From Adineta vaga (Eukaryota; Animalia; Rotifera), in assembly GCA_021613535.1 (NCBI GenBank), contig CP075493.1, positions 1,426,001 to 1,490,000 on the forward strand: a DNA stretch of 64,000 nt. Reading direction: 5' to 3'. Positions 24,734 through 37,377 of the stretch are shown here, piece after piece. The position numbers and the translations under genes were made by a program. A model generated the notes under the pieces. That model was not told where the DNA came from. It worked only from the letters and a program-made list of their open reading frames with translations, and did no database searches. The first letter of the stretch is position 1; every line of letters starts with the position of its first letter.

Positions 24734-26238
24734 AAGAAGAACATTTTATTTCCTATTCGTTTTCACGTTTACATGTATGTGTGTGTGTGTGTGGTTTTGT
24801 TTGCATTAGAAGAAAAGAAAAAGAAAAAGAATGGGTGAAGGAAAAATATGAGTTGCATTTTTTTCCATTGATTAATCACTTGAATATTTTTTAGATAACT
24901 ATGAGTTATATAATCGTTAAAGACGAAAGAACGTTAGAAAGGAAATGACAATGACAATTCACTGAAATGATCTTTCTGTGTTCATCATTTGTTGATTTTT
25001 GTCGACTATTTCATATGAATACTCATGTCATTGATAGTGCAACACTAATGCGAGAATTTTTACATATCGTCCTCATCTTTTTATTAATTTATTTTTCTTT
25101 AGATGCAATAACCGATGCTCTGAATACACCTAATTTCTATCAATCATAGATGAAAATATTTTGAGAACGCAATTGGATCGCACTGGTTAACAACAAAGCA
25201 CAATCTGACTAATCTCATTTTTCTTTTCGAGATGCAACAAGAAGACGATATTATTTTCTGATATTGACGGAATCTTTTTGAGATAGTAAAGATAATTGCT
25301 CAAGAATATAGGTAGCTTTGTATGATATGAATGATTGGCTATTTTTCAGTAATACATTAGCATTTCTGTTGCTTGCAATATCTTCGTTGATATCGATCAT
25401 TAATGAGATTTTGAATATCAATTTGACTTCTAATGGTAGTAATAGTAATGATGATATTTCAATAATAAAAAAATTGTGAATAGTGATACAAGAGAGATAG
25501 AGAGTTAATGAAAAAACAGAACCTTAGCTAGATGAAATCATCTCAGGAAAAATGTATTAAATGAATACATAAGATATAATACTTCCGAATGAATAAATCG
25601 AAAGAAAAAATCAAGTTGATCAATTCAGGATATTATGATTGAACATTTGATCGTTCAATTCGTTGCCGATTGTGGTTGCAACGGATTTTTCTTTGCGTAA
25701 TCAATCGCTATTTTGAGTTCTACACTCTAAAACAGATAGCCAAAGAAGAATTTAAGACTAAAATAAAAGGTAATTCCCACTTACTTGGTTCATCTTTTCA
25801 ATTAAATCGGAGACATTAGTGAACGATCCACTGATATTGTTATATTGAATGATTGATTTTGCTTTATCAGCCTGATATATACAAAATATATCTCACAGAT
25901 AAAAGTAAAGGATATTGAACATACCGCACTTGGATGTTTATATGCAAGTAAAAGACGTGCTATAATATCAGTTGCAGTTGAAGTAGAGATTTTCTGTGTT
26001 GAATCGTCTTTCATTTCTTCTTTCGCCAATACTTCCAAAATTTCCATAACGAATCGATATTTCTGTTCATCGAACTAAATTAAAAGAACAAAGACAAATA
26101 AGTAATGAGGTGCTAAATTCATTAAAAAGGGAAATGTATACCAAAGTAATAGGTAAAATTGCCATATGTTGTAGTACGAAATGTTTCTATTTATATTGTT
26201 TGCTCAGTGTATACAAGGATATATCATCAATCTCGTAT

Positions 26239-26318
26239 CTGTTGATCTGACCTCTTCTTTTCTTATTCTATATAGTCGCTGTTGATTTGACCTCTTGCTT
26301 TCTTACTCTATCTCGTGG
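26239..26318. repeat. Two-copy 40-bp tandem repeat
   Basis: ctgttgatctgacctcttcttttcttattctatatagtcg followed by ctgttgatttgacctcttgctttcttactctatctcgtgg. Confidence 0.7.
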
Positions 26319-26772
26319 TATAACATTCGTGATTAAACAGAGCTTGAAATTTCAGATAACTTATTGCATTTACTATCTTCTATAAGTTTTAAATGGAACC
26401 ATAGAACTCAAAAACTCTATGAAACTATACTATACGACCTGATATATATATAAATTGGTATGATCACGCTCTCTATCATTATAGGTTTTCGTCGGGACAA
26501 TGAGAACATCTTGCATAGTTCATAAAATATTCTATCTGTTATATCTTTTTACTTTTATAAACTGTATGGCTACTATTAAACTGTTTTAAAATATTTAAAT
26601 GAATTGCATATTGACATTTTGGCGATGTTTTTCTTTTAACTATCTTGATTTGCATCGTTTATTCTAGATATACAACCATAGGTTGATGGATATATCAACT
26701 CTTGTTACTATCAATAGTCTTGATCTATAATCGGTTATGATTTGTTTTATTTCAAACCAAAAGCTCATTAGA

Positions 26773-28100
26773 GATATTTTGAACTTGTTATTAAAGTTTA
26801 TCCAAATGGAAAAATGACACAATATCTTGATAAACTTCCTCTTAATCAAATCATTGATGTTAGTGTTATAGAAGTTCTTTATATAATCTTTGAAAGATCG
26901 GCAAGTTCAGAAACTAAAATATTGTATCCAAACTTCCCGATCAATAGCAAGCATTTTTTTGAAGATCAAGAGAGGATATCTCAAGATACAGCCATCTCGA
27001 GTCGAAATAGAACAAACTCTTTCTCTCATGAGTCAGTGTAATTCATTTCATTTTGTGGGATACAAGGAGTTGAAACTATTCCTTTTTGCTGGAAGTCTTA
27101 ATATTCGACACACTTGATTTTAGTGTGTTCTCTACATGTAAAACCTATTCTAGATGAATTCTGGAAATTTGTTGTAGCATTTACTCATAGATTAAAACAA
27201 TCATAATCTATTAACTTCCTGTCAGATGCCACGCATCCTTGCAGTTTCATTCGGAAACAATTTAAAGACTATAGTTCAGTACAATATTAAATGTCTTCTT
27301 TCCTGTAGAAAATGATACAGAATCGTTATCGTTAAACAGTATACATCTGTGTATTTAGTATCTAAAACGACACGACTGAAACGAATTCTTCTGGCAACCT
27401 TTTGAACTTCCATAAAGCAATGGTATATACAGTTCGATGACATCGCGCCCCCTATCATTATAACTTTTTATTGGTACACTCAAATTATATTGCATGATTC
27501 ATCAAATCAAACATTCTATTTATCAATTTTACATTTTTTTGTCAAATCCAGATAGTAATTAGTTTTTAATGTTTTTATCTATTTAAATGAGTTTAAAAAC
27601 GATCAGTACATTCATATCTTGATTTATTTAGTTTATTTTACGTTTCAATTAAAAACAAAACAACATCCTGACTATTTTTTATCTCATTTAAACTTCATTT
27701 CATCAAACCATTGATGTTAGTAGCCCATCAGGTAACCTTATTTCTAAAGATAATGACATTTTTTACATTCTATGCATAAACCTGGTTCATTCATAAGTCG
27801 ACGTATCCGTCATCTTTGTTTATTCCCTGGTGGAACAGGTCTAGCGCTAATGATTAAGTTTGCATATGTGCCAAATTTAGAAAAAAATAGGTTTTATAGA
27901 AAATGTGAGGTTTATTTTCTAATAATTTCTACGTATGAATGTGTGTGTGGGGTTTTTTTTCTATTAAAAGAAAAGAAAAAGGGAAAATATAAGTTGCCTT
28001 TTTCTATTGATTAATCACTTGAATATTTTTTGTAGATGATTATATGTTATATAATCGTTAAAGACGAAAGAACATTAGAAAGGAAATGACAATGACAATT
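26773..28100 (+). pseudogene. Cytochrome b5 reductase pseudogene in two pieces (26773-26865 and ~27689-28100) separated by ~820 bp of unrelated DNA
   Basis: Piece 1 is nearly identical to the parent (GKMTQYLDKLPLNQ). Piece 2 jumps from GGTG to MIKFA (internal deletion), is frameshifted, and includes a copy of the parent 3' UTR (…gaaaggaaatgacaatgacaatt). Confidence 0.9.
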
Positions 28101-29150
28101 TGTGGCAAACGTGTATGTATGTATGTATTGTAACATAGTCGACATATAGAGATTTGTTTATATTCGATTAGTCAGGCAAAGGTCATTTTGACTAGAACGA
28201 ACGAAGTTATTATTCTATGTGAGATTGAGAGATAAAATATGCTGTTCTGTTCATACAATGTATACACGAAACATAGAAAATGTATTGTTCTCACTAATGG
28301 ATACTCGAAATAGATTAAATGTATGCGCATATCTTTCTTTCTCTCTTTCTTTTCTTTTACTTTCTATTTGTCCATCTCCAAAGTGCATGAAACTGTTTTG
28401 TTTTAGATCGAAAAAAGAAAAAGAGGTCAATACGACAACTGTCTTCTTTGATCTTGCTTAACTAGATATCATATTGTAAACATGTATAGAGACACCCAAA
28501 CGTCTATTGAAACATTGACTTATGTCTTTGTTTGTCGTCTGTTTTAGTAATCGAACAGTCTACATACAAATAGTCTTGTTGATAGACATCGAAAGCAACA
28601 AAAATTCGCACGCGTAATTAAGAAATAGAGAATTGTCGATAAATGTTCGTATTAAATTTCAGAGGAAAGAGTTGAACATACATTTCTATGTTCTCTAGTT
28701 AAACAAAAAAAAATCATCAATATAGGTATGACTTGTTCGTTCTCTTTTTCAAAAAAAGAAAGAAGCAAAATGAGAAGCATAGATATTCATCGATTTTTTT
28801 TCTCTTTTTCTCTCTTTCTTTCTTTCTCTATATCAGCATGATATGTAGATAGAGAGTATGTGTTTGAAATGAGTTGCGTTACAACGAAGGTCAACATTGC
28901 GAGTTTATAAATATACCTTTCAAACACAAAGGAAATCTCAAAATTGAAATTGACAAGTACTTGAATAGATCTACAAAGAAGAAAGAACATTTTTTTTGTA
29001 CATGATTACATCATTGATTAAGTAGTGTTATGTTGTTTATAGACGATTTGAAGGGCTCTTTTTTGTCATAAAATACATTGAATGTAAAGATTGGAATGTG
29101 TGATCGACAGTCGTCGTCTCTTATCGATTTATTCATAATCTTAAATATTA

Positions 29151-32024
29151 ATGGCTTCGACTTCTTCAACTAATGTTTCGGGTAAGATTAAAAAGAAAAA
29201 CTATTTATATAAAGAAAAAAAAATGTCATTTTTTGTTTCTTTTTAATAGAAATTCTTCCAGGTTTGGAAGATTTCCTTCGTTCAATGCTGACTAGTACAC
29301 AACTGGATAATGATCACCGACAGATCGCTGCTATGTACCTTGATAAACTTGATGAATATGGTCAATCTACTATCCAACAATCATGTTTCATTGATGATCA
29401 ATCATTGTAATCAAACAAAAATTCTTCGATTTTTCTTTTTGAAAAAAAAGAAACGTTTTTTTTTTGTTTTGTTTTAAGAATGAATACAGATGTTATATCA
29501 GATGAAGAAAGTGATGATTTTACGGATGAAGAAGAACAACAAACACCAACTTTAACGAGACAATCATCAATTCATGAAAAAGAATTATATGATATGCCTG
29601 AAAGACAATCATCTCCAAGTAATACACAATGGTATACTGATATACCTAACAATGACTATTTAGAAGCAAATCTATCAAATGGTAAAATCTTCATATTGAT
29701 TTCTATTGATAATGAATAAAAAATTTAATTTGATTTTTATTATAGAAAATCACGAAACTAACTCATCGATCATGCAAAGTCAATTATCTCTCCCATCGTC
29801 ATCGTCCAATTCAAGTATTATTGCTGATGGACTCTTACTAACCTATGATAAAAATCATAATTGGATATGGCGTTACTATGTACTGGATGATTATGATCTT
29901 ATCTGTTTCCCAGCTGATAAAAAATCTCGTTCGTCAAACGAAGGACAATCAGATAACAATTGTTCACCATTATGGGTCACAGATATCACAAATGCAAAAG
30001 TGAGAATAATCTTCTATTTTCAAAAAAAAGAAAAGAAAAGAAAAAAACAACTTAACAAATATTCTAGGTTCATATTACAGTCATTGATAAAATGGAATGT
30101 TTATGCTTATATATTGGTCTTGCTGAAGCAATTTATGTTCGACCATCTGATCCAAATGAGATCAATATGTGGCTTAAAGTAAGCTTTTTATTTTTATAAT
30201 TTATATTAATCATTTTGATTTGTATTAAACAGGCATTTCGTGATGCATCGTCATCATCACATAAATCTCGAGAGAATTTGAAAAGTCGAAATAATGTCAA
30301 AACACTTTCACGCAATGCACGTCGTATGTTCGCTCAATTTAATCGAAAAAAAGGTCAAATTGTTTCACATTTACTTGATCAAATGGCTAATGTCACTGGT
30401 GTTGATGACAAAACACGTAAACATTGTGAATTACGAGGTAAACATCGTATTTATTCTTCTCTCTTTCAAACTTAATCAATCTTAATTCTATTTAGGTTTT
30501 CTTGTTATTTCTTTTGATAATATAACATTTGTAACTAAATATTGTACAATTGTTGATGGCATCTTTCGTATACATAAATCTCGTTTAAGTGATCAAACAG
30601 ATCAAGAATTTGATTTAAATCGTTGTACATTATCATTTCCCGAAGAACGTACACGTGATATACAATTTGCTTTGATTGATGAAGAATTAGGACGAATTTT
30701 TATTCGTGGAAATAATATTTATACCATGGGAAGATTATTAAATACTCTGGCAAAATATGTTGAAATAACAGGAAGCTCACAAAATGTTTTTCAATCAAAT
30801 GAAAAAACTTCAACGACCTTAAGAAATAAATCTCATCCTTCGCGTGTGAAATCATTATCTCATTTAAATGGTAATAGAAGGATTTCAAGGAGATAGAAGT
30901 TCATTGTATTGTTTCTGTTTATTTTAGAAGGTTATTTGACTTCGAATGGTAAATCAATACCATTGAATATAACGAAAAATATTTATCGAAGTGCATCAAA
31001 ATTACATGAAACTCGAACATTTAGTTCACCTAGTCGACAATTATCGAATCATAATAAAGATAAGAGTTGTATTTCAAATGAAACATATGATAGTCCAAAA
31101 GTTTATAATGATACAACGACAATTGATGGAAATAATAATCATATTCTTGAATCACCAATACCATATCAAAGAAGTCGAAATGAAAAAATGTATGTGAATA
31201 TGAACATATGAGATTTTTATCAATATCTTGAGAACATGTCAATTATTCTTAATATTTGCTTAGGGGTTTAGTACTCTTACTTGAAGAGTACTCCTTTTTA
31301 TTAATACTTAGTTAATTATGTGTATGAATTTTTCATTGGATTCTTTTTTAGTCGTTCTGAATCTCGTTCATCACCAAATTTGAATCAATCTCATCGTCAT
31401 GTTTCACCTGATACTTCGTCCATATCATCATCTCGAGCAGATCCTATTTTCTGTATTCGTTCAACTAGTTCATCATCATCATCAGCGTCTCAACATCGAA
31501 ATCGTCCTCGTCCATTACCACGTCGAACATCGATCGATTATGTTAATAAATTTACTAATCTTTTTACACGCAGTTCATCTGAACGTCAAACAAATACACC
31601 AGCACGTAATGTCAGTAGTTCTACATCTCCATCGACATATCATAATAAAAATCGTGTACAACCATTGATAAAAAACGACAAATCAACACCTACACATGTT
31701 TATGATATTCCAATAACTATTGAACGTTCAGTTAAAACTTCGGAATCAAATATTAAATCAACTTGTGCAATGGATGAAGATCAAACCTATGATAATTTAT
31801 CAAAATCTGATGGTATTGGCAAATTTCGTTTTGTTATTCCATTCAATCATAGTTCACGATCGGCATTTACAACAATAAAATCAACAAATTCTCCATCAAG
31901 TTCTTCATCAACATCAACCATCAGTTCCAATTCAATTTTACCTCAAACATCATCATCAACATCGTCACATAATTCCAATACGAATAATAATAATAATCGA
32001 ACAAGATTAATGACTGCTGTTTAG
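29151..32024 (+). CDS. AFAP1-like adaptor with two PH domains and Tyr (YxxP/YDNL) motifs, multi-exon
   Basis: ATG 29151 with GTAAG donor; N-terminal helical EILPGLEDFLRSML; PH1 (GLLLTYDKNHNWIWRYYVL); PH2 (GFLVISFDN…TMGRLLNTL); phase-compatible splice 31190→31352 into a Ser-rich last exon. Confidence 0.65.
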
Positions 32025-32379
32025 ATTTCTGTTTTTTTTCTTTGCTTTTTATTTGTAACAGTATCGATTTCGTTTTCTCTTCTCTTTATGCTTTATACAT
32101 GTAGTGATAGATTTTATCTTGATGTATTTTCAAATTCAGGAATGATAAATTGTCTGTTAACGTCGAGCGAATTTCTGTCAGATAGATCAAATCAACAAGA
32201 TTCTCAAAAACAAAAAGTATCCGAACAGTCTTTTTAAGGAAAATTGTGTTTGAGAAAAAACGAAGCAATCTTTTAGCTGTATGTGTTTTTTTTTCATGTC
32301 GATTTAGTACATTGAATTAAACAATTCAAAGATTTTCATGTTTGTTTTAGATTAAACGATTATTAAAAACGTTTCAAAG

Positions 32380-33438
32380 ATGGTGAGTTTTTTGTCCGTA
32401 ATGAGAAATGCAAGTGAGAGATTTTATTTAAAAAAAAACGAGCTCAAAATTTAGGATCTATTCAGATGTAAAAGAATTTTTTTCAATTTAGATGCAATTT
32501 ATCCTTCTGTTCAGTCGACAAGGTAAACTTCGTTTACAAAAATGGTATACATCTCAAACAGAAAAGTCAAAGAAGAAAATAACTCGAGAAATCATTGCAG
32601 CAGTTCTTTCACGTAAACCGAAAATGTCAAGTTTTCTCGAATGGAAAGATTTAAAAGTTGTTTATAAACGGTGAGTTAATTCTGAATAAATCTGCACTTA
32701 CTTCATCGTTGTTATTGATTTCTTAAGATACGCAAGTCTTTATTTTTGTTGTGCTATTGAACAAGATGATAATGAATTATTAACACTTGAAACAATTCAT
32801 CGTTATGTCGAATTACTCGACAAATATTTTGGCAGTGTAAGTTCAGATATGATTTTTCTCATAGATCGATCTTGAAATATTTAATAAATAGGTTTGTGAA
32901 CTTGATATTATCTTCAACTTCGAAAAAGCATATTTTATCTTTGATGAATTTATTCTGGGTGGTGAAGTTCAAGAAACAAGTAAAAAAAGTGTTTTAAAAG
33001 CTGTTAATGATCAAGATGTTATTCAAGAGGTAAATACTTGTTTTAATTTTATTATTAAAACAAAGAAAGTTATTCATACACATAATTTGCACAATGATTC
33101 ATGTTTTATTCTTATGTAAGATGAACTAAACGAATTGAAATCGTGTCTTCTTGAGTTTTGATTTCATACCAACATATGTATTATTTCTAGGTAGAAACAC
33201 CTCAAGGTCTCATCGATGAATATGGTCTTGGATAATAAAAGTTTCTGACTGATATTTTTTGCATGATTCCTATTGAGTTTGCATGGCGATCATTTCTGTC
33301 TGCGTGTCTGAAATAAGCATTTGTTGACGGGGAACGATGCATGATGTTTTCTGACATTTACATATTGATTTATGTTTTGTATTTTAGGAAGAATTAGAAG
33401 AAAAACGAAGTGTTTTGGAAGATCTTGGTTTAGCTTAA
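32380..33438 (+). CDS. AP1S: AP-1 adaptor complex sigma subunit with alternative last exons (33191-33235 and 33388-33438)
   Basis: ATG-only first coding exon (ATG|gtgag), [51 protein letters not shown]. Confidence 0.96.
33260..33343 (+). promoter_or_regulatory. Three TGCATG (Rbfox-type) splicing elements between the AP1S alternative last exons
   Basis: TGCATG at 33260, 33280 and 33338, within 84 nt of very AT-rich sequence. Confidence 0.65.
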
Positions 33439-33863
33439 ATAAACGACGTCTTTATTTATTTTACTTAAATGTGAATTCAATTTTTTTGATCTCAGAAACT
33501 TCCATTATACATTCATATTGTTCTTGATTTTAATTACGTCACTATTTGAGAAAGAAACAAAAAAAGAAATTTTTTAATCAATAAAATATCTTTACTGATT
33601 GTATTGTTATACTCGTTTGTGTACCTTATTTTTCATAGTCAAAAACGACTGTTTAAGTCGAGAATGACATCTATTATATTTTTAAAAGATGATATCAAAC
33701 AGTATACAAATATTTGTCATCACTGATAAGTAGAAGAAGAGTCAATTATTCTTGTCAAACTTGAGAAAAAGGATGAGGGCGTACAATGATATAACGGCAC
33801 ACAATCGAATCTTCAAGAATCGTGTTAGTTTATATATTTAGTTTTCAAATCTTTGATTCTCTA

Positions 33864-35169
33864 TCAAATACTAGAAACAATAGCATCGTTTAGTTTTTGC
33901 ACAGTTTCAATCATTCTTTTGACACCAATCATTTGTGGACCGAATTTATTGGCAAAATCTTTTGAAGTACATCCAAACCAATCCCAACATCCCATAGGAT
34001 TTATCGGAGAAAGTAACGACGGACGAACTTGAGGTCAGTATGATTACATTGTTTAATTCTGCTACTTCCAAATAACCTGATTGAGTAACAAATATGTCAC
34101 CAACATAATGTTTACCTATAGGGAAAATATTTCTATTTTAGAAAAAGTAAAATAGAACAACTTTGTTTCAAACCTTGTTTGCATCCATGTAATGCTACAT
34201 GAATTGGACATTTTCTACCTTGAGCACATGCCGAAGGAAAGTACACGAAACCTTCACTATCAAAACCGTATGCAGGATTAGCACGAGTTAGAAGTGATCT
34301 TTTGTTCATTGAAATTGTTGTACTAGGTATTGTCCAGTTTGAAATGCCTGAGGTTGGTGAACCCCAATTTCTAGGATTGTATAAGACCATATTCTTCCAG
34401 ATCCATTGAGCAAAAGAAGCGTCAGTATTTGGATTCTTCGATGATAATGATGATGGAGGATTCATGAATGCTTCTTGATTGAAAACAACCAATTGACCGA
34501 TACGCGGTGTTAAAGGAAGATATGGAGGTTTAATAAGATCACCCCCAAGAAGATGATTTAATACATCATAAGCCAAACTGAAATTACTATGAAAGATAAA
34601 ATAAAATAATATTATTTCTATATTGATACATTTTTTATTGATATTTACCAATTATTAATATAGGTAGATAAATTTGGTATTGCACATTTACCACCATAAT
34701 GTTCTGTTGGAACAGCATGAGTAGCCGGTAAATCATAATTCGTTTTCATGTTTGCATTCAATGATGCATAGACTTTTTCATTTAATTTAACCATACCAGG
34801 AAGTGCTACTGGATCATATTTACCAGAAAAAATATACACAGGATCATTGACAATATTTGCTGTGCTATCTATTAAACCTGATGATTCGAATGCTTTTATT
34901 TTTTTAGTAATACCAGAGACGGAAATTGATGTAACAGGACCACTCATACAAGCAGCAGCCGAAAGTAAACCACCAGCACAATAATAAGGTGGTCCAGCCA
35001 AAACACCAGCACCACTAATGTCATTTGAAAATGCTATATGTAATTGATTGGCCATCGCAGCACCAGAAGAAACTCCTGAAACTGTAACACCTGTACGAGG
35101 TACATTCGCATCCACCAAAGATACAGTAATAAAATATATAATAGCAACAGCGATATACATTTTCAACAT
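33864..35169 (-). CDS. Secreted poly(3-hydroxybutyrate) depolymerase-like alpha/beta hydrolase, 3 exons, frameshift in last exon (~34035)
   Basis: Signal peptide; [17 protein letters not shown] lipase box; [13 protein letters not shown]; SGKYD; ATHAVP; [14 protein letters not shown]…[10 protein letters not shown]…GPQM follows in a shifted frame. Confidence 0.85.
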
Positions 35170-37377
35170 GACTCTCCTTCTCTTTCTACTTAAACTGCTG
35201 ATACCCAAAGTTTTATATAAGATGGGTTAAGAATAGGGATTTTATATGTAACTTGAGTCAAATAAAGCTTTTGTTTCAAATAAATAACTTGATAATTTGA
35301 TTTTCTAACGACACAAAAACAAAAACAAATTAGCCAATTTAGATAATAAAGTTAATGCCTATAGTATTGGTCTTGAAAATCTCCCAAAATTTGTACCAAA
35401 AATCTGAAAGTACAAGTCAAAATTCTATCGGGACAAGTCAAAATTAGACGAACGAAAAGAGGATTAAAAATTTATTTCAGCCAGAGTATCTATCAAATTT
35501 TTTCTCGTGTGTATAATATCGATTTAGAAAACACAAGTACATATATGAGATAAAGTAATAGAAAACGAAGAGTTGAAAAACGGTATGTATGATTAAAGCT
35601 ATGTGAAAAGAAGATAATCATAGAAATTTCGATTATTTACTATGTTATAAATGATTCTACGATCACATAAAATTTTGCAGTTAAAGAGAGCGAAATACAA
35701 AATGTTCTGTTAAACTCAACACTAGATAATCCTTAATAATACGTCGACTTATTGAAAAGAAGTAAATATTAGAACGCATACTTTTTATATATCTAAACAA
35801 TTAGCAAAGGATCAATCGGACTTATTCTTAGTTCTTCTGACAATACTCTTAGTGCATTCTTGATAAACTAGATTTAATAACTCACTCTCCTTCTTTCTGA
35901 GGTCATCTCATACTGGAATAGTTCCCAAAATAATGTAAAACATCAAAAATTTTTCTTCTCTAATCGTTTTCCATTTGTTTGATTAAATCCTTGGAAAATC
36001 TTACTCGGATTTTGCGATATTATCTATCGTCTTCTACTTCCTATGGAAACATAGAAAGAAATTAATTTAGGATGAGAGTCCAAATATCATTGGTAGTGAG
36101 ACGTTCGACATATGAATGACAGAACTTAATAGTTGAACATTTGAATTACTTGAAAATTGAAAAAATATGCATCATCTTCATATATTTGATGCTAATTTGT
36201 CAAAGAGAATCGTCTGAATATGCGTATTCACATATAATCAACGAACTATCTTAAATGAGTTCAATGTTGAAAAAGATTTTTATTTTGATAAATCTTTTAT
36301 ACGTATCATTTTCCAATCTCAACTTTCAAATCTTGCCGTCCATTTGATGAGCGTTAGAATGATCATTTTGAAATTTGCTAATGAGAAACGTTTTCATTAT
36401 CAAGTTTTTAGGTATTTATTGTCATAAAGCCAGTGAACTATGTTCGTTTCTTTTGATTTATTTCGTCATCGTAAAAGTTGTTTGTACTGAGTGGAAAGAA
36501 AAGTATTTTAATTGATTCAATTTAGAAGATGTACGATCTACCTAAACGATGTATTTTCGATTTTTCTCGCTTGAATGGAGAATCATCGATAAAAGTCCTC
36601 TAGTATTCAGATTTATCTATCTTTTAGTGTCGATCGGTTATCGAAGATTTAAATCCTTTAGGCATGTAATGTAAATTGATAAGGATTACTCTGATAAATG
36701 CACATAGTGACTCTATTGAACTCTTTTGACATCATATGAAATCAAATCTTCCTTGCTTCCCGTCACTTGAAATAGACTATAAAGAAATAGTATATCCGAC
36801 AAAATGTTGATCTATATTTTCCTTTTCTTAAGTAATAACTCTATTAAATAGGAAATTAAAAAAATCAAGATTACTACTGTAATGGTATTAGCTTTCGTAC
36901 ATCAATCAAATTACAAAATGAAAATAATCGTTATCTTATCATCAATGTTGATAGTTGAAGTAATTATTGTTAATATTCAACTGAAATAAGTACAGAAGTA
37001 GTTCTAAATCTCTAATAGTTCCTTTTTGATTTAATGATCAATCCTTTTTTTATTAAGAGAAAATTAAATTTCAATCGTAAATAATACTGATTCGAACAGG
37101 TCTTTTAGAAAATGCAGTAAAGTCTGTGCTTTTTTGCAGTGTAGTAATGGTTGAAAAAGGGGTGAACTAAAGTAGTATAGAATATGAACTACTTGAGGAG
37201 GCGGAATCAATTGAATTTTGTGCTGTATAATAGAATATCCTCGCAATTTCTCTGTTATTTTTTATTTACGTTGAATATCAATATTAAGAAATTAATGATG
37301 TACATACATAAAGGAAAAAAAAAGAATATATGAATATTTGTTTGTAATAAATATATTTGAAAACATTAATAAAAATG

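Noticed and set aside
25150-26100. Minus-strand coding-like relic (ORF 25802-26047 and neighbours)
   Set aside because: Broken frames and no family recognisable without a search.
36110-36330. Possible F-box relic (TFELLEN…ICIIFIYL)
   Set aside because: Too short and disrupted to support.
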